Assembly: GCA_040756235.1 (NCBI GenBank)
Contig: JBFLZG010000075.1
Span: forward strand, 1 to 13,842
Direction of reading: 5' to 3'
Length of the DNA stretch: 13,842 nucleotides
Source of the DNA: a bacterium
GTDB taxonomy: Bacteria > Desulfobacterota > DSWW01
Notes under the pieces: generated by a model
What the model was told of the DNA's origin: nothing
Seen by the model: the letters and a program-made list of their open reading frames with translations, nothing else
Databases searched by the model: none
Shown: one piece after another, positions 13,829 to 13,842 of the stretch
How the letters are laid out: every line of letters starts with the position of its first letter
Position numbering within the stretch: position 1 is the first letter of the stretch
Translations under genes and position numbers: made by a program

Positions 13829-13842
13829 GAAATCGAGCCTGT

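Overview
GC-rich bacterial window; gene content and intergenic repeats suggest a Desulfobacterota/deltaproteobacterial-type host (inference). Left to right: a minus-strand acyl-CoA synthetase (with the probable start of a next gene at the window edge); a ~370-bp intergenic cluster of different REP/MITE-like palindromic elements; RNase HI with an N-terminal hybrid-binding domain; a 3' remnant of an M48 peptidase; a divergent YchF-family ATPase on the plus strand. A minus-strand block then reads DUF4124 protein, GAF-GAF sigma54 enhancer-binding protein (FhlA-like), a perfect 17-bp inverted repeat made of two palindromic sites, a near-consensus sigma54 promoter, a small STAS-like protein, and a complete RND pump (MFP, HAE1 permease, outer-membrane factor). 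A 127-bp MITE-like element lies at the right end, with a degenerate second copy at ~1828-1955. The most interesting item is the apparently self-contained sigma54 circuit (activator, enhancer, promoter, STAS protein, efflux pump), whose cis-elements can be read directly from the DNA. No function was tested and no database searches were run.
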